This document shows, piece after piece, positions 30,618-42,880 of a DNA stretch of 64,000 bases; the stretch's first letter is position 1; each line of letters opens with the position of its first letter. Source of the stretch: the human T2T-CHM13v2.0 reference genome, Homo sapiens. The position numbers and the translations under genes are program-made. Under the pieces are notes generated by a model. The model saw only the letters and a list, made by a program, of their open reading frames with translations. It searched no databases and was not told the origin of the DNA. The stretch lies in the NCBI RefSeq assembly GCF_009914755.1, contig NC_060925.1; one strand, given 5' to 3'.

Positions 30618-32964
30618 TCCCTCACCCCCTTTCCCACTCTGCTTCAGCAGCTTGGCTAGCAGAATCCTGGAGTGGGTGTGTGGCTCATTCAGGGGTGGAG
30701 GGGCACTCCAATAACTGCCTTCTCCCAGGGACCAAAAGCTACATAGGAAGTGCTCTAAGGGCAGGCGGTTGGGAAAGATTGGAAGCCAGTGAGCAGTTGG
30801 AGGAGCCCCAGGATGGAGAGAAAGTAAACACGGCTGTCCTCAGCCACCAAGAGGCAACCTTAAGCCTACCACCTCCCTCCCTCCAGCTGTGCCACAGCAG
30901 GGGTTGCACCTCTTTCCACTGTCCACCCTGCAGGTCCAGGAAAGGAGTCTCCATTTGGATGAGGTTGCATTATAAACTGTGAACCACTGCAGGACAAAGC
31001 CTATGCCACATCCAGAATGGAGCAAATCGTCAGGCTGGAAAAGCCCTCCTGAGCTGTTTCCAAGCAAGAACAATGATCACGATGCCAAATCTGTTCCATT
31101 CTTTCCCTCCAAGAAACATGTGATTTTGGGCAACAACAAAAAGATTTGGATTAAATATAAGAAAGGCCTGTCCCAACATGTGGGTGCTCCACATATTGGC
31201 TGAGGAATCTGTGACATCTTATTTTATAAAGGTTCTCAAGCAACAGCTCTACATGGGCATGCTCCTTCCAAAGCCCATCAGCAATTTTCAGACTGTACTT
31301 CTTGCAGTGTGTTAGAAAATTGTACAAGTGGGAGAAGAAGGGGTATGGAGACTTCCTTGGGGCCTGGAAGCCTGGGCTTTGGCTCAGCTGCTTGAGAAAT
31401 GTCTCTGTCTTCTCTCACTTCATCCTTTTGCTGCTGCTTCTGTCTTTACCCCCACCCCACAGCCACAGGACCAGAAGAAGCCCAAACTGGAGAAAAGGAA
31501 AGCAGAGCCAATGCTCCCACCTATGCCACACAAGAAAGCCCAAGTTGTTTTCTGTCATGCTTTCTCCCTGGTGCCTTTTTAATTAGCTTAATGAAGCTCT
31601 CCCACTTGTGGGTGCAGAAAAAAAAAGGAGATGGGAAAAAATGTGAGACTAAACAGCCCTGATGACTCAGTGCTGGAGGTTGTGTTGTACCCTGGAAATG
31701 GAGGAGGCTGGCTTTGAAGAAACAAACTATCCCTTTTGCCATCCCATAAAGCATCGCTGCAGCAGCTGGTGAAGGAGACAGCTCCACATCCCTGCCCTAC
31801 TGGGGCCCCTGACATCTTGATCTCCCTAGGAGCCTGTCCCGGGGCAAAACAAACCAGAGTTTGTCCCATATGAGCAGTCATGGTGCCTCATTAGTCCTGT
31901 GATTCCAGTGTCCATCATGCAGCTTGGCATACCACAGGAGCTCAGTTGATGCTGGATCCTTTTGTGTGTAAATGTATGACAGCTTCCCACGCATTCACTC
32001 CCCTTCTCATTGCTCGTTCCATCTGGATGGTAAGGTAGAGCTCCAGCCAGGGAGATGGCGGGGTCCTCAGTGCGTGAGTGCTTAACACTCTCCTCACAGA
32101 GCTGTCACTCTGGCACGAAAGTGCTCTCCCTACAGAGTAGGCCCCACATAGATTTTTCTTCTCTGACTTATCCAGGAAGATATATTGATCCAGTCCAAGT
32201 GACATCAATAGACCCAGGTAACTGAATAAAACTTCCAGAGTTTGCCTTTAAATATGCATGATATAGCCTCAAGACAGCACCCGGTAGCTTTGCTGCCCTC
32301 CCTTCCCCTGTTCTTAATCTACTGTGACTATTAAACATCATCCTCATCTCAGCTCTAGCCTCCCCTTCCCAACCCAGATACTTCTGGTCCAGTCCCAGGA
32401 TAACGTGAGGAGGCCATGGGTAAAAATTAAAGGTGATAGTGACAGAAAATGGAGGAAACCATACTCCATCCCATGTTCCAAAGCAGACCTCATCAACTAC
32501 CTGATTCAAGGATTCTCAGGGCTCTGGCCACTTCTGCTCCATCTCTCACAATAAAATTACTTGAGGCCTATTTCCTCCTTAGGCTGGAGAGTGAACTCTG
32601 CCCTTCACCCTTCAAGAAGTCCCATGCCTCTGTGCCTAGTCAGTTTCCTCCTGGAGCTGGGACTGGCACTGACATGAGCTCAAAAGGAGGTGGTTTGATT
32701 CTCCTTGGACCCTACCCAGCCCCTACTGTGACTCCTTGGGACTGCTATATCATTTTCTCTCCTTAGGGATCCACAGGATATATGTTCACATAGACCACTT
32801 TGCCACCTACAAGTCCTGTGACCTAAAGCAATGTTCTATGCCACAAATCCCTTCTGTAACATGGAAATAATAATACCTACCTCATAGGGATTAACTGACA
32901 TTAAATACATGAGGTGTTTAACCTACTGCCTGGTATACAGCATTAGTGGTAAAAACAACAGCTT

Positions 32965-33190
32965 CCCCCTCCTGAGTACTTATTGTACATTAGGCAGTGC
33001 TTACATTAATCACTCCAATCCTCATGACAACCCTGTGAGATAATTGTCTGAGCCATTTCACAGATGTGGAAACTAAGATATAGAGAGCAAAGTAACTTTC
33101 CCCAAACCCACAACTAGTAAGTGAGAGAGCTGGGATTTGAACCCAGTTCTTTTTTATTCCAGGGCTTGTGTTCCTAACTACTGGACCTAT
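32965..33190 (-). mobile_element. MIR relic
   Basis: 'catttcacagatgtggaaactaag...gggatttgaacccag'. Confidence 0.75.
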
Positions 33191-33294
33191 TCAAAACACA
33201 TAAATAAATGTTACTTCCCTTCTCCCTTTCTACTCATCTCTCCTCACAACTACCACCTGACTGTGGAATTTTTTGTCAAGATGCAAGGTTTGAT

Positions 33295-33855
33295 AGTAAG
33301 GGTCAACAAATTTTCTATAAAAGGCAAAATAGTAAGTATTTTTAGCTGTGTGGGCCATATAGTCTCTGTTACAATTACAGTCGTGTGCTAATGACACACT
33401 TCAGTCAACATCAGGCCATGTATATGATGGTGGTCCTATAAGATTATAATACTTTCTTATGTCTTATATTTATATTATATACTTTTTATGTGCCTTTTCT
33501 ATGTTTAGATACACAAATACTTACCTTTGTGTTATGATTGCCTAGAGTATTCAGTACAGTAACATGCTGTATAGGAGCAATAGGCTATACCATATAGCCT
33601 AGGTGTACAGTAGGCTATATATCTAGGTTTGTGTAAGTACACTCTGTGATGTTCACACAATTAGGAAATTGCCCAACATTTCTCAAACTTTATCCCATTG
33701 TGATTCATGACTCTACTTACCTCTGCCAGTGTAGTATGAAGGCAGGCACAGACAATAGGTAAATGAATGGGCATGGCTACATTCTAATAAAACTTTATTG
33801 ACTGAAGCAGGTGGCTAGATTTGGCCCAAGAGCCATAGTTTGCTGGTCCCTGCTC
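33295..33855. mobile_element. MER58A split by Tigger3a (MER7A; ~33378-33714)
   Basis: MER58 halves flank a 'cagtc...gactc' Tigger3-type element with TA at both ends. Confidence 0.75.
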
Positions 33856-36631
33856 TAGAGTAACAGCACAGCTCTAGAGGAAACAGACTTAGGATAGAGA
33901 GTACCTGACAAACTGTGGGTGGTCAGTAAGTACTTGTGGGTTGATTTTGAGGTCACTTTGTCCATCTTCTTGAATCCAGGTGGTAGCACCAATAGCCAGT
34001 TCTTCTTTGATTACAGTTTCACAATAAAGCTGATTTCACTTTTACCCACATTGTCTTTGTGTCTCATTTATGTTGGGAAGATGCCCTTCTATCTTGGCTC
34101 ATCTGTGAATTAAGATTTTCACTATTGAGAACTAATAGTGAAAATATATGCATCAAAACTAAACCTGCCTCCTCCCCATGACTTGAACAACTACATTCAC
34201 CAAGAGACAATGCCACTCTCCTTGCAAAGCCACTGCATCCACAACAGAGGTTCTGTTTTACTGAAGATGGAAAAAGTCAGAAACTTCCTCCCTGGTATTT
34301 AGGCCATGTACTGTTGGAAGGGAAGCTCTTCACAACACCTCTGAGAGGAACTCGAGTTCCTGATACCACAGCAATGACTACAGCTTTTTGGCCTCCTAGA
34401 GGTGAGAAACGACTGTGGGTGGAATAGGTCCCTTCAAAACAAGGCCTGTGTGATGAAAGGATTGCCAGTGCAAGAGGAGCTAGGGAGACAGACTATCAGA
34501 TGGCAGCGCCGGGGATCCTCACCTCCTCTCTAGTTGTTGCCACTGGGGGACGAGCCTGCAAGATACAGAGAGAACGTATTTTGAGCTCATTTGTTTTCAT
34601 TTGTATTTATTGGTTTGTGGGCATGGGATGTCTGAAATGCCCATATGGTCTTCAACACAAGCTACAGCAAGAAAAATAATCTTGGGAATTAAAATGAAGC
34701 CAGAATTAAACAGCCAGTCCCAAGAACCACGCCATCTACAGTCCTGAGCACTCTAGAGAGGAGCAGAAGGCAGGAGAGAACTTAAGTCTGATGGCCACCA
34801 AGGATCCAACCAACTGAGCCAATGCCTAATTATTGGGGTTGCTTCATTGGCTCCCTTGATTATTCTCATTCTCCCCTCTACTTCTTTCTGGATTCATCCT
34901 CTGCCACCCCATGCCCCATAAGGGCTCTCCCCAAGGCTAATGTCTCCAGAGAGCATCAAAACCATGACGACAACGAGACCCCTCCACTCTTGGAGCAGGC
35001 TTAGCAAAAGAAAAAAATGAAGCTACCAGTTGCAGGGCAACATCTGTGGTTTCCACTGCTTGGAGCATCTCTGGCTCTCCCACAGTCACTGTTTGGTGTA
35101 TCTCCCATGACAAAGAGAATACACCTAATCCTTTCCAGACTAACCTCCCCCTGCCCCCACCTTTCACAGCATATTCGAATTCTCGCCAGTTGGCACTTTG
35201 CTACCCATCATCTTATATTCCTCTCTAAATATTCCAGATGTTACCTCCCCAAGTATAAAGGAAGCTCCTTAAGGGTAGGGTATATTCTATTAGGATAATA
35301 ATGATATGTGAAAATATTGAGGACAAAAACAATAATAAATCAGTCTTGGACTAGCAGTTCATACTATTCTGCCCATGGGCTTTGGTAGACAGGGTTGTAC
35401 TCATTCCTACTTTACAGCTTTTGCAAGATTGTTCCCTTCATCTGGTATACCTCTCCTGTACCCCCACCCTTTACATGTTGATGCCTTCACATCAATCAGA
35501 TCTCAGCTCAAATGCCATGTCCAAAGAGGCTTTCTCTTGTGACTCAAGCTACAGTAATCCCAGTGGTAATCAATAAACATCTGTTGAATGAATGAATGAT
35601 CTCCACTTTGTAGATGAGGAGAATGAGACTCACTGTGATTAGAAAGTACTTAGCCACGGCCAAAGAACTACTAAAGGCATAAACTGAGGTCTTCTGACAC
35701 CAAAATGCTTATTATTATTTCTCCTCCACTGTAAGTGCACCTTGGCAATTATAATTTCTTATCCAATATCTATCCAGCTCTGCATGCATCATGAGGACAG
35801 GGCCTGTATCTTTCATGTTCCTCCTTGTGTAGCTCCGCTATCTAGTACAGGATGTGGTACATCCACATTGACTGTGGTAATGACATACACTAGTATAAAT
35901 GAGTCAACTAATTGCCATCTAGTTGGGTCTCAATAAATATTTACCCATATACTGAGATTGGTGAACTCAGGACATAGATACAGGAGACACCCTTCACTTA
36001 TTCTAGTCCTCTTTCTTCAAGTAGTAAAACAGCCTATTCCTGGAATGTCCCCTGGAATGCAGAAGTGACAAGGATGCTAGGGGAATTTCTTTGAAAACCT
36101 GGAACAAGAACAGGGAAATTGAATATCTAACATAAGCAGTTTTTGTGCCAAGTTACAAATCTCAGCTAATTACAGCTCAGTACTGCTCCTTTGGGGTCCT
36201 TCATCTGGCATGAATTGCCTTCACTTGGGAATCAAGGTTCATACTGCAATCCTCCCCAGCCCCTTCATTCCCAGGGTGATCCTTGGTCTGGGTCAGAGAA
36301 GTAAGGTGCTGTTGGCTTATCTCAAGACAGACAGTTTCATGGCTGGGAGCAGAAACATCAATAAAGACAGAAGTTATGAGTCTACAGCCAGCAGGGAAAT
36401 AGAATGGGAAGCTGCTAACACAACATATTCATCTCTAGAAATTTCATAAGATTTGATTCACTCTCATGTCATATACTAATTTACTTTTTTTTCCTTCAGG
36501 TTAGATTCCCCTTCATTTTAGTCAACTACTTTTTTTTTGCAATATCAGTTACACTTGTCCTCTTAGGCTTTCTCTCCCTCTCTTTACATGCCACCTCTGT
36601 CTTTCATTGAGTCTTCCCAGTTTTAAGAAGG

Positions 36632-36880
36632 TAGTGTAGTATAATTGATTGAACAGGCTTTGCAGTCATGCTAATCTGGAGCTAAATCCTTGTTCTACCA
36701 GTTACTAGCCGTTTTTCTACAAGCAAGTCACTGAAATCTTCTGAGGCTCAGTTTTCTTATCTGTGAAATGGAGATAATCCTCATAGGTGATTTGTGAGGA
36801 CTACACCGCATGTGTTGTCTGAAGGGTTTAGCATAATGCATGACAAATTCAATAAATGGTGGCCACATTATTCCTGTTAC
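36632..36880 (+). mobile_element. MIR relic
   Basis: 'gtagtgtagtataa...gctcagttttcttatctgtgaaatggagataat'. Confidence 0.75.
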
Positions 36881-37454
36881 TTGTCTCATTTCCCCACGCC
36901 CAGCTCCCTCTCTTTTTCCCTTTGACTGTGTGTGTCTACACGCATTCATAGCCTGACTTAATAAAACACTGATTACTTTATCCATTTTAGTATCTCAAAT
37001 TGGTCAAGATACTTGATCAGGCAGTCCCTGGTATTTCAGAAATTGTCTCTCTCTCTCTCTCCCTCCATTTCCCCATATCCTTTTCTCCTTGATACATTTT
37101 AATTTCTCCATCTTTCCTGAAAATACCTGGGGAGACAGTGGCCATCAGCATTACTTTGCAGTCATAAGTCCCACCTGGATTCTATTCAGAACATTTGGCT
37201 AAAAGAGCCAGAATATCTGCCACTTAGAGCCTCTCTCACTTAGCCCACCATGTTTAATTCATGTGTGTTGCAGGCCATTTAAAGGGGCTCAATGAGCTGT
37301 GAAGATCAAGATATGAGCCATACAGATTGTACATTATTGAATTAAGATGTTAAATATGGAGACTAAGTGATGCCAAGGAGAGAATAGTGAAAGCCTTAAT
37401 GGTTTATAACGATGGAAAGCAGGGTGGATCAAGTCAGTAGAAAATTGAAAAGAT

Positions 37455-38212
37455 GCATGACTTCAAAGAAAGGGCCATTTATCATACTAGAGTCATCCTC
37501 AATTTCTCCCTCTCCCTCACCCTCTACACTCAATCCGTCACTAAGTCCTGTCAGTTCTGCCTCCAAATAAATCTCAGACGTCCACTTCTCTTCATTCCCA
37601 CTGTCACAACCTAAGGTCAAGCCCTTATTCCTCTTCTTTGACTACTACCATCAGACTCAGTTGTCTCTTTGGTTCTATTTTAGCTTTTTGTAAACCACTC
37701 TCTACTCGGCAACATTTCTAAAATATAGACCAAATCGTGTCACTCTTCTGTTTAAAATCTTTCATTGCTCTTACAAAATCCAAATTCATTAGCACAGTTT
37801 TAGAGCTCTTCATGACCACTCATCTCGGCCCACACTTCTTCCCTCTTGCTTACTCTCCTCTGGCCAGTCTCGTCTCCTTTCTGTCTTTCCAACATGCTAA
37901 GCTCATCCCCACCTTAAGGCTCTTACATTGTTGTTCCCTCTGTCTATGTTTTATACAACCAGTGGCTTCTCATCCTCCAGGTCTTAGTATAAGGCAGCCT
38001 TCTGTGGTCCCCTATCAACATAGTCTGCCCTACTTACACCCCATCTCATCATCCTGCTGATTTTCTCAACAACTTTGCTTAATTCCTTTTTTTCTCTCTA
38101 CTCTGTGAAGACAGAGACTATATCTTGTTCATGATGTATCCCTTGTACTTTACAGTGCAAGTAATATAGTACTTGATCAATAAATATTTGTTGAAAAACT
38201 AAATGAGTGAAT
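37455..38212 (+). mobile_element. L2 3' fragment
   Basis: Ends 'caataaatatttgttgaa...atgagtgaa'. Confidence 0.7.
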
Positions 38213-39838
38213 TTATCACAGGAATTTCCATTCCAGGATTTGATTTTTCATTAGCCAATTACAGACTAAAATCACTTCTCACATTCCTTCTTGTTTTTGG
38301 CTCTAGGCTGCAAATCCATAGCTATAGAAATTATAGAATGTAACAGGAAGATACAGACGGTTGATCTTCAACAAAACAAGAGAAAACAACAAAACTTCCA
38401 CATTAGTGGAAATAAACCACTCCTTCATTCAGTAAATACTGAGCACCTATGTTGTGCCAGATAGTGTCAAGCACCCATAATACCCTGACATTTAGCATAG
38501 CACTTGAGTGAAGCTTACAGTCTGGGACAGGCAAACATCAAACATATAAATATGTAGTTATACCTTGAATTAACTGCTCTGAAGAAAAGGGAAAATAACT
38601 TGTTGAGACTAACAATGGGGCAACAAGATGGTCAGGAAATGGCTCTCTGAAGAGAAGACAAAACATTTAAGCTGCAACCTGAAGGCTGATGAGTGAAAAG
38701 TGAAAGGGAGATGGCCCAAGGGAAAGAGTCTGGCCCCCTGGATGGTCTGTATCCATGGATGAGGGAAAGTGAGGTCCCTCACTCCATGGATCATGCAGGG
38801 AGCTCTTTGCCACTTTCTCACACACCCCTTTAGCCATAAGGGAAAACAAATTTTTAAAAATGAATTCTTTGTCTACAGATGTAACTTTTGCACTCCAAGT
38901 CTGGGTATTTGGACCTCAGAAGGAATACCAGACAGGTTTCTTCTTTGTTCCAACAGCTTTGCTCTGTATCTTCATTGTGTGTCTTTGACTTCTTGAAGGA
39001 TTTGAACTGATCTGAAGAACCTCAGCATATTGATCTCTCCCTAGGTGGCATGGATTTGTCTCTCCCATCTCCAGAAAGGAAACCATTTACCTCTTCTGAT
39101 TCCTCTGAGTGTCTGACAGCAGCCCATTAGGGTGACACTTAGGCATTTATGGCATAATTTTCTGGGCATATTTATTTAGGAAAAATACCTTAATTATTTA
39201 ATAGTCCACAACTCCTGCCAACTCATTATAAAGTCTGGGCATGTGAACCAGATGGGGAAGGAAAAATAAATAAAAGATCAGTGCCCTGCTGGAGCCCCGG
39301 GGCACTGAATCTGCTCTGCACAAGACCTTCAGTAAGCAACCACTCTTTGGTATGCCAGGAGGGTTCCCCATTCACTATGCTCCCGGTGAGCGCTCCCGGT
39401 GAGCACATCTGGGGCTTCCCCCCTTGGACCTGGAGGGACCTAAGAAGAACAATGGACAAAACACTGGACTAGGAATCCACACACAAGATCGTAGATCTAC
39501 TCATTGGCTACTAGAATTTGTCCCTACCTGCTGTGTGACTGTAGGCAACTCTCCTTTCCTTTCTAAATCTCAATATCCTATCTTTTTCTCATAAAATCAA
39601 GTCATCAAACCAGATCAGGGGTTTTCTAATATGTTTTTATCTGTAAAACCCTGTCTTCTATGGAAATTTATATGGAGGTCTAATACAGTAAACAGGTAAA
39701 GTAGAGCCCACTTTTACTTTGTCCCCAGAAAGTGCTCCTTGGGATGCCCAATGCTCCTAGAAACACTGCTTGGAAGCTACTGAGTTAGAAGCTCTCACAG
39801 TCTTTGATTATAAAGGATTCAGAGATTGGTTTGCCCCA

Positions 39839-40232
39839 TGCTATGGATTGAATTGTGTCTCTCCCACCAGCCCCCTGGGATTCATATGTTGAAGCCTTAA
39901 TTCCTGATGCTACCGTAATTGGGGATATGGTTTTTAGGAGGTAATGGTTAAATGACATCATGGTGGGGAGGCGCCTAATCCAATAGGATTGGTGGCCTTA
40001 CAAGAAGAGGAAGAAAGAGCAATATCTCTTTCTCCACAGCGTGTACCAAGAAAAGGTCATTGGAGGACACAGCAAGAAAAAAGCCATCTGCAAGCCAGAA
40101 AGAGAGCCCCCACTGGGAATCAAAGGAGCTAGCACCTTGATGTGGGACTTCTCAGCCTCCAGAACTGTGAGAATACATTTCTGTTGTTTAAGCCACTCTT
40201 TGGTATTTTGTTAGAGCAGTCTGAACCAATAA
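39839..40232 (+). mobile_element. MLT1A/B-type solo LTR
   Basis: 'tgctatggattgaattgtgtc...cagcctccagaactgtgagaatacatttctgttgtttaagcca'. Confidence 0.8.
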
Positions 40233-40649
40233 GTCCCAGCTGTGGAGCCAGTGGCCTCTTGGTCCAAAGATGAGAGTGGCCGTCATAACTTTGAATTTGA
40301 CTCCTTTAATGTCCATAAGTCAGTGTTCCAGTTTGAAGGCAAAGGAATGTCCAGTTCCTCCACAGGACTTCCTCATCTGCTCCAGCTCATAGAGACATCT
40401 TTCCTCCCTGGACTCTTCCTGTCCTCGTGTTTTGTTTGATTATCTCTTAATTGAATAAGGATAATCTATGTAACTTAAAATCATATAGGCAGGCAGTTAT
40501 ATCTTTTCAGTGCTCCCGCTTAACTCTTATTTTATTCCTCTGTCCAACAATATTTGTTGACTCCCCAGCAAAATCAAATAAAGATCAAAATTTCACATGC
40601 TCCATCCTTGCCTTTACAGCTCCCCTACACATAACCTAGGTAATGGACC

Positions 40650-42300
40650 AATCATTCTTCTACATGCTCTGTGTTTTTCTGCTTCTACACATTGTTTACT
40701 CTGCTTTTTCATCTGGGACACTACCTACCATCTATGGCTGTCTAAATTCCTCCCACCCATCAAGGCCAAACTCAGATGCCATCTTCTCCATAAAAGCTTC
40801 CCTGAAACCTCTAGTTGGAAATATTATTATTACCTCTTCTGCACTTTCATTGCCACTGACTCTGCTGATGGTTGCACATAGCACCCGTTTTCCTGCTATA
40901 GCTATCTGACAGTGTCTTAAATCTCCTTCTAGACTGCAAATGTCTTGAGAACAAGAACCATGTCTTATTCATCTTTTAATCTTATATGGTGCCTGGCATA
41001 GTGCCTTGTAATTAGAAGGTACACAATAAATAATGGTTAAATGAATGGATGGATAAATGAATTTGAGTATAACTGTACCTGATTAGGTGAGGAACAACTT
41101 AAATATAGACAGAGATTTTAATATGCCTGTGCATAAAAGAGGAAGTACGAACCTGGAATATGTGATGAGCTTGGGGGCAGATGTCAGAGATGAAAGGTGC
41201 AGTAACTCATAACGCATTCAACAGCTACATGTGTGTTAAGCACTAACCATATCCCAGGAACTGTTATGCTACTGGTGAGCAAAACAGACAAAGCTCTTGC
41301 CTTCTTGGGACTTGCAGTGTAGTGAGAGAAACAGATATTAGGTATACACTTGAATATTATGTTAAATAATAATTATAACAAGTAGCTTGTTATATAAAGA
41401 AAAAGAAGACATTACTCTGAAGGAGAATGAGAAGCACACATAATTTAGATTGAAGGGTCAGCAAAGGGCTCCTCAAAGACATGGCATTTTAAACAAAGGT
41501 TAACTAGGTTGAGACCTGAAGGGCCAGTAAGAGTCAGGCAGCCTTAGAGACATACAAGGCCCCAATATAGGAAACTGGTGCCTGCAAGAAACTGCAAAGC
41601 CAAGACGGCCCAAGTGTAGAGGCAGAGGGATTGTTAGGAGAAGAAGATGGAGGGTAGGTGAGGACTTGATAGTGTGGGGCCCTCCAGGTTTCTTAGAAGT
41701 CTAGGTTTCTTCTAAGCACAGTAGGAAGTCACTGAAGGATTTCAGCAGAGAAGGAACATAATCCACCCTTCACTTTGAGTGCTGCATTGAGAAAGATTGG
41801 ACCCGCTACAGAGTTAAGTTAGGAGACTGTGGCAGGGAAGATTTTAGACTAAAGGAGTGGCAATGGATGTGCAGAGAAGTGACAATATTGGAGAAATATT
41901 TTGGGAGATATAATATTTGAGATACAGTTATTGCCACCAAATTTCTTGAATGTATTTTCTTATTTATTGTCAATGTTTCACAATTAGAACATAAGCTCCA
42001 TGAGGACAAGGACTTGTCTTATACACTGCTGAGCCCCACTGCCTACAACAGTGCTTGGCATATAGTGGGTATTGGGTAATATTTGTCAAATGAAATTATG
42101 ATGGAATGACTTATAAATTTGAGGTAAAAATGAAAAGGAAGAAGGTGTAGAGAGAGAATTCCAGGATTGAAGGTGATATTTATTGAAATGAGAAAAATGA
42201 GGAGAAGCTATTTTGGAGGATAAGATCAAAAACTTATTTTTTGACCTCTTAAGTTTTCTAGATGCCTGTGAGGTATCCAAATGGTTACTGGTCTGAAAAT
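40650..42300. mobile_element. Cluster of L2 fragments in both orientations
   Basis: Sense L2 3' ends at ~41060 and ~42090; antisense L2 from ~41212. Confidence 0.6.
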
Positions 42301-42384
42301 TCTAATTTAGGTAATAGCTACACAGGTACAGCATCTCAAATCATGGTAACATCTAATACAGAATTTCTTGACTTGGAGAATATA

Positions 42385-42880
42385 GTGGCCAAGGATCTGT
42401 GCATAAAGGATTTCATAAACCTGAATGGAAAAAATATTGTATCTTCATTTTTACTAACTTCTACCTGAAATTTAGCATTTTTTTCAGTTATGACTGACTG
42501 TAGGCAGCAACTTACAGCAGTATATGCAGTACCTGTGACTTTTGTGAACAATAGAATTTACAGATATTTCCATACATGTTACAACCATCACAGATACCTT
42601 GCAAGATCATTTGTGCTCATCACTACCTCAACATGATAGAAGTCATTAGACTCACCATTATATCTTCTTATTTAACACACTGATTTTAAAGTATATCTAT
42701 TGTTATAGTACAAATTTGGTTTTTTATGTTTTTGTAACTGTTTTTCAAAATAACATGTTTCCTTTTTTGTCCTATAGAGTTTACTTAATGTATTTAAAAT
42801 CATTACTGTGACAAAGGGTGCACAGGCTTTGCCAGGCAGCTGGAGGGTCTGTGTCTCAGGATAGGTTAAGAGCTTCTAAG
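42385..42880. mobile_element. hAT-Charlie DNA transposon relic
   Basis: 'atcttcatttttactaacttctacctgaaatttagcatt' recalled Charlie-type motif. Confidence 0.45.

Noticed and set aside
41374-41394. 9-bp inverted repeat TATAACAAG-tag-CTTGTTATA
   Set aside because: AT-rich and expected by chance in 64 kb.
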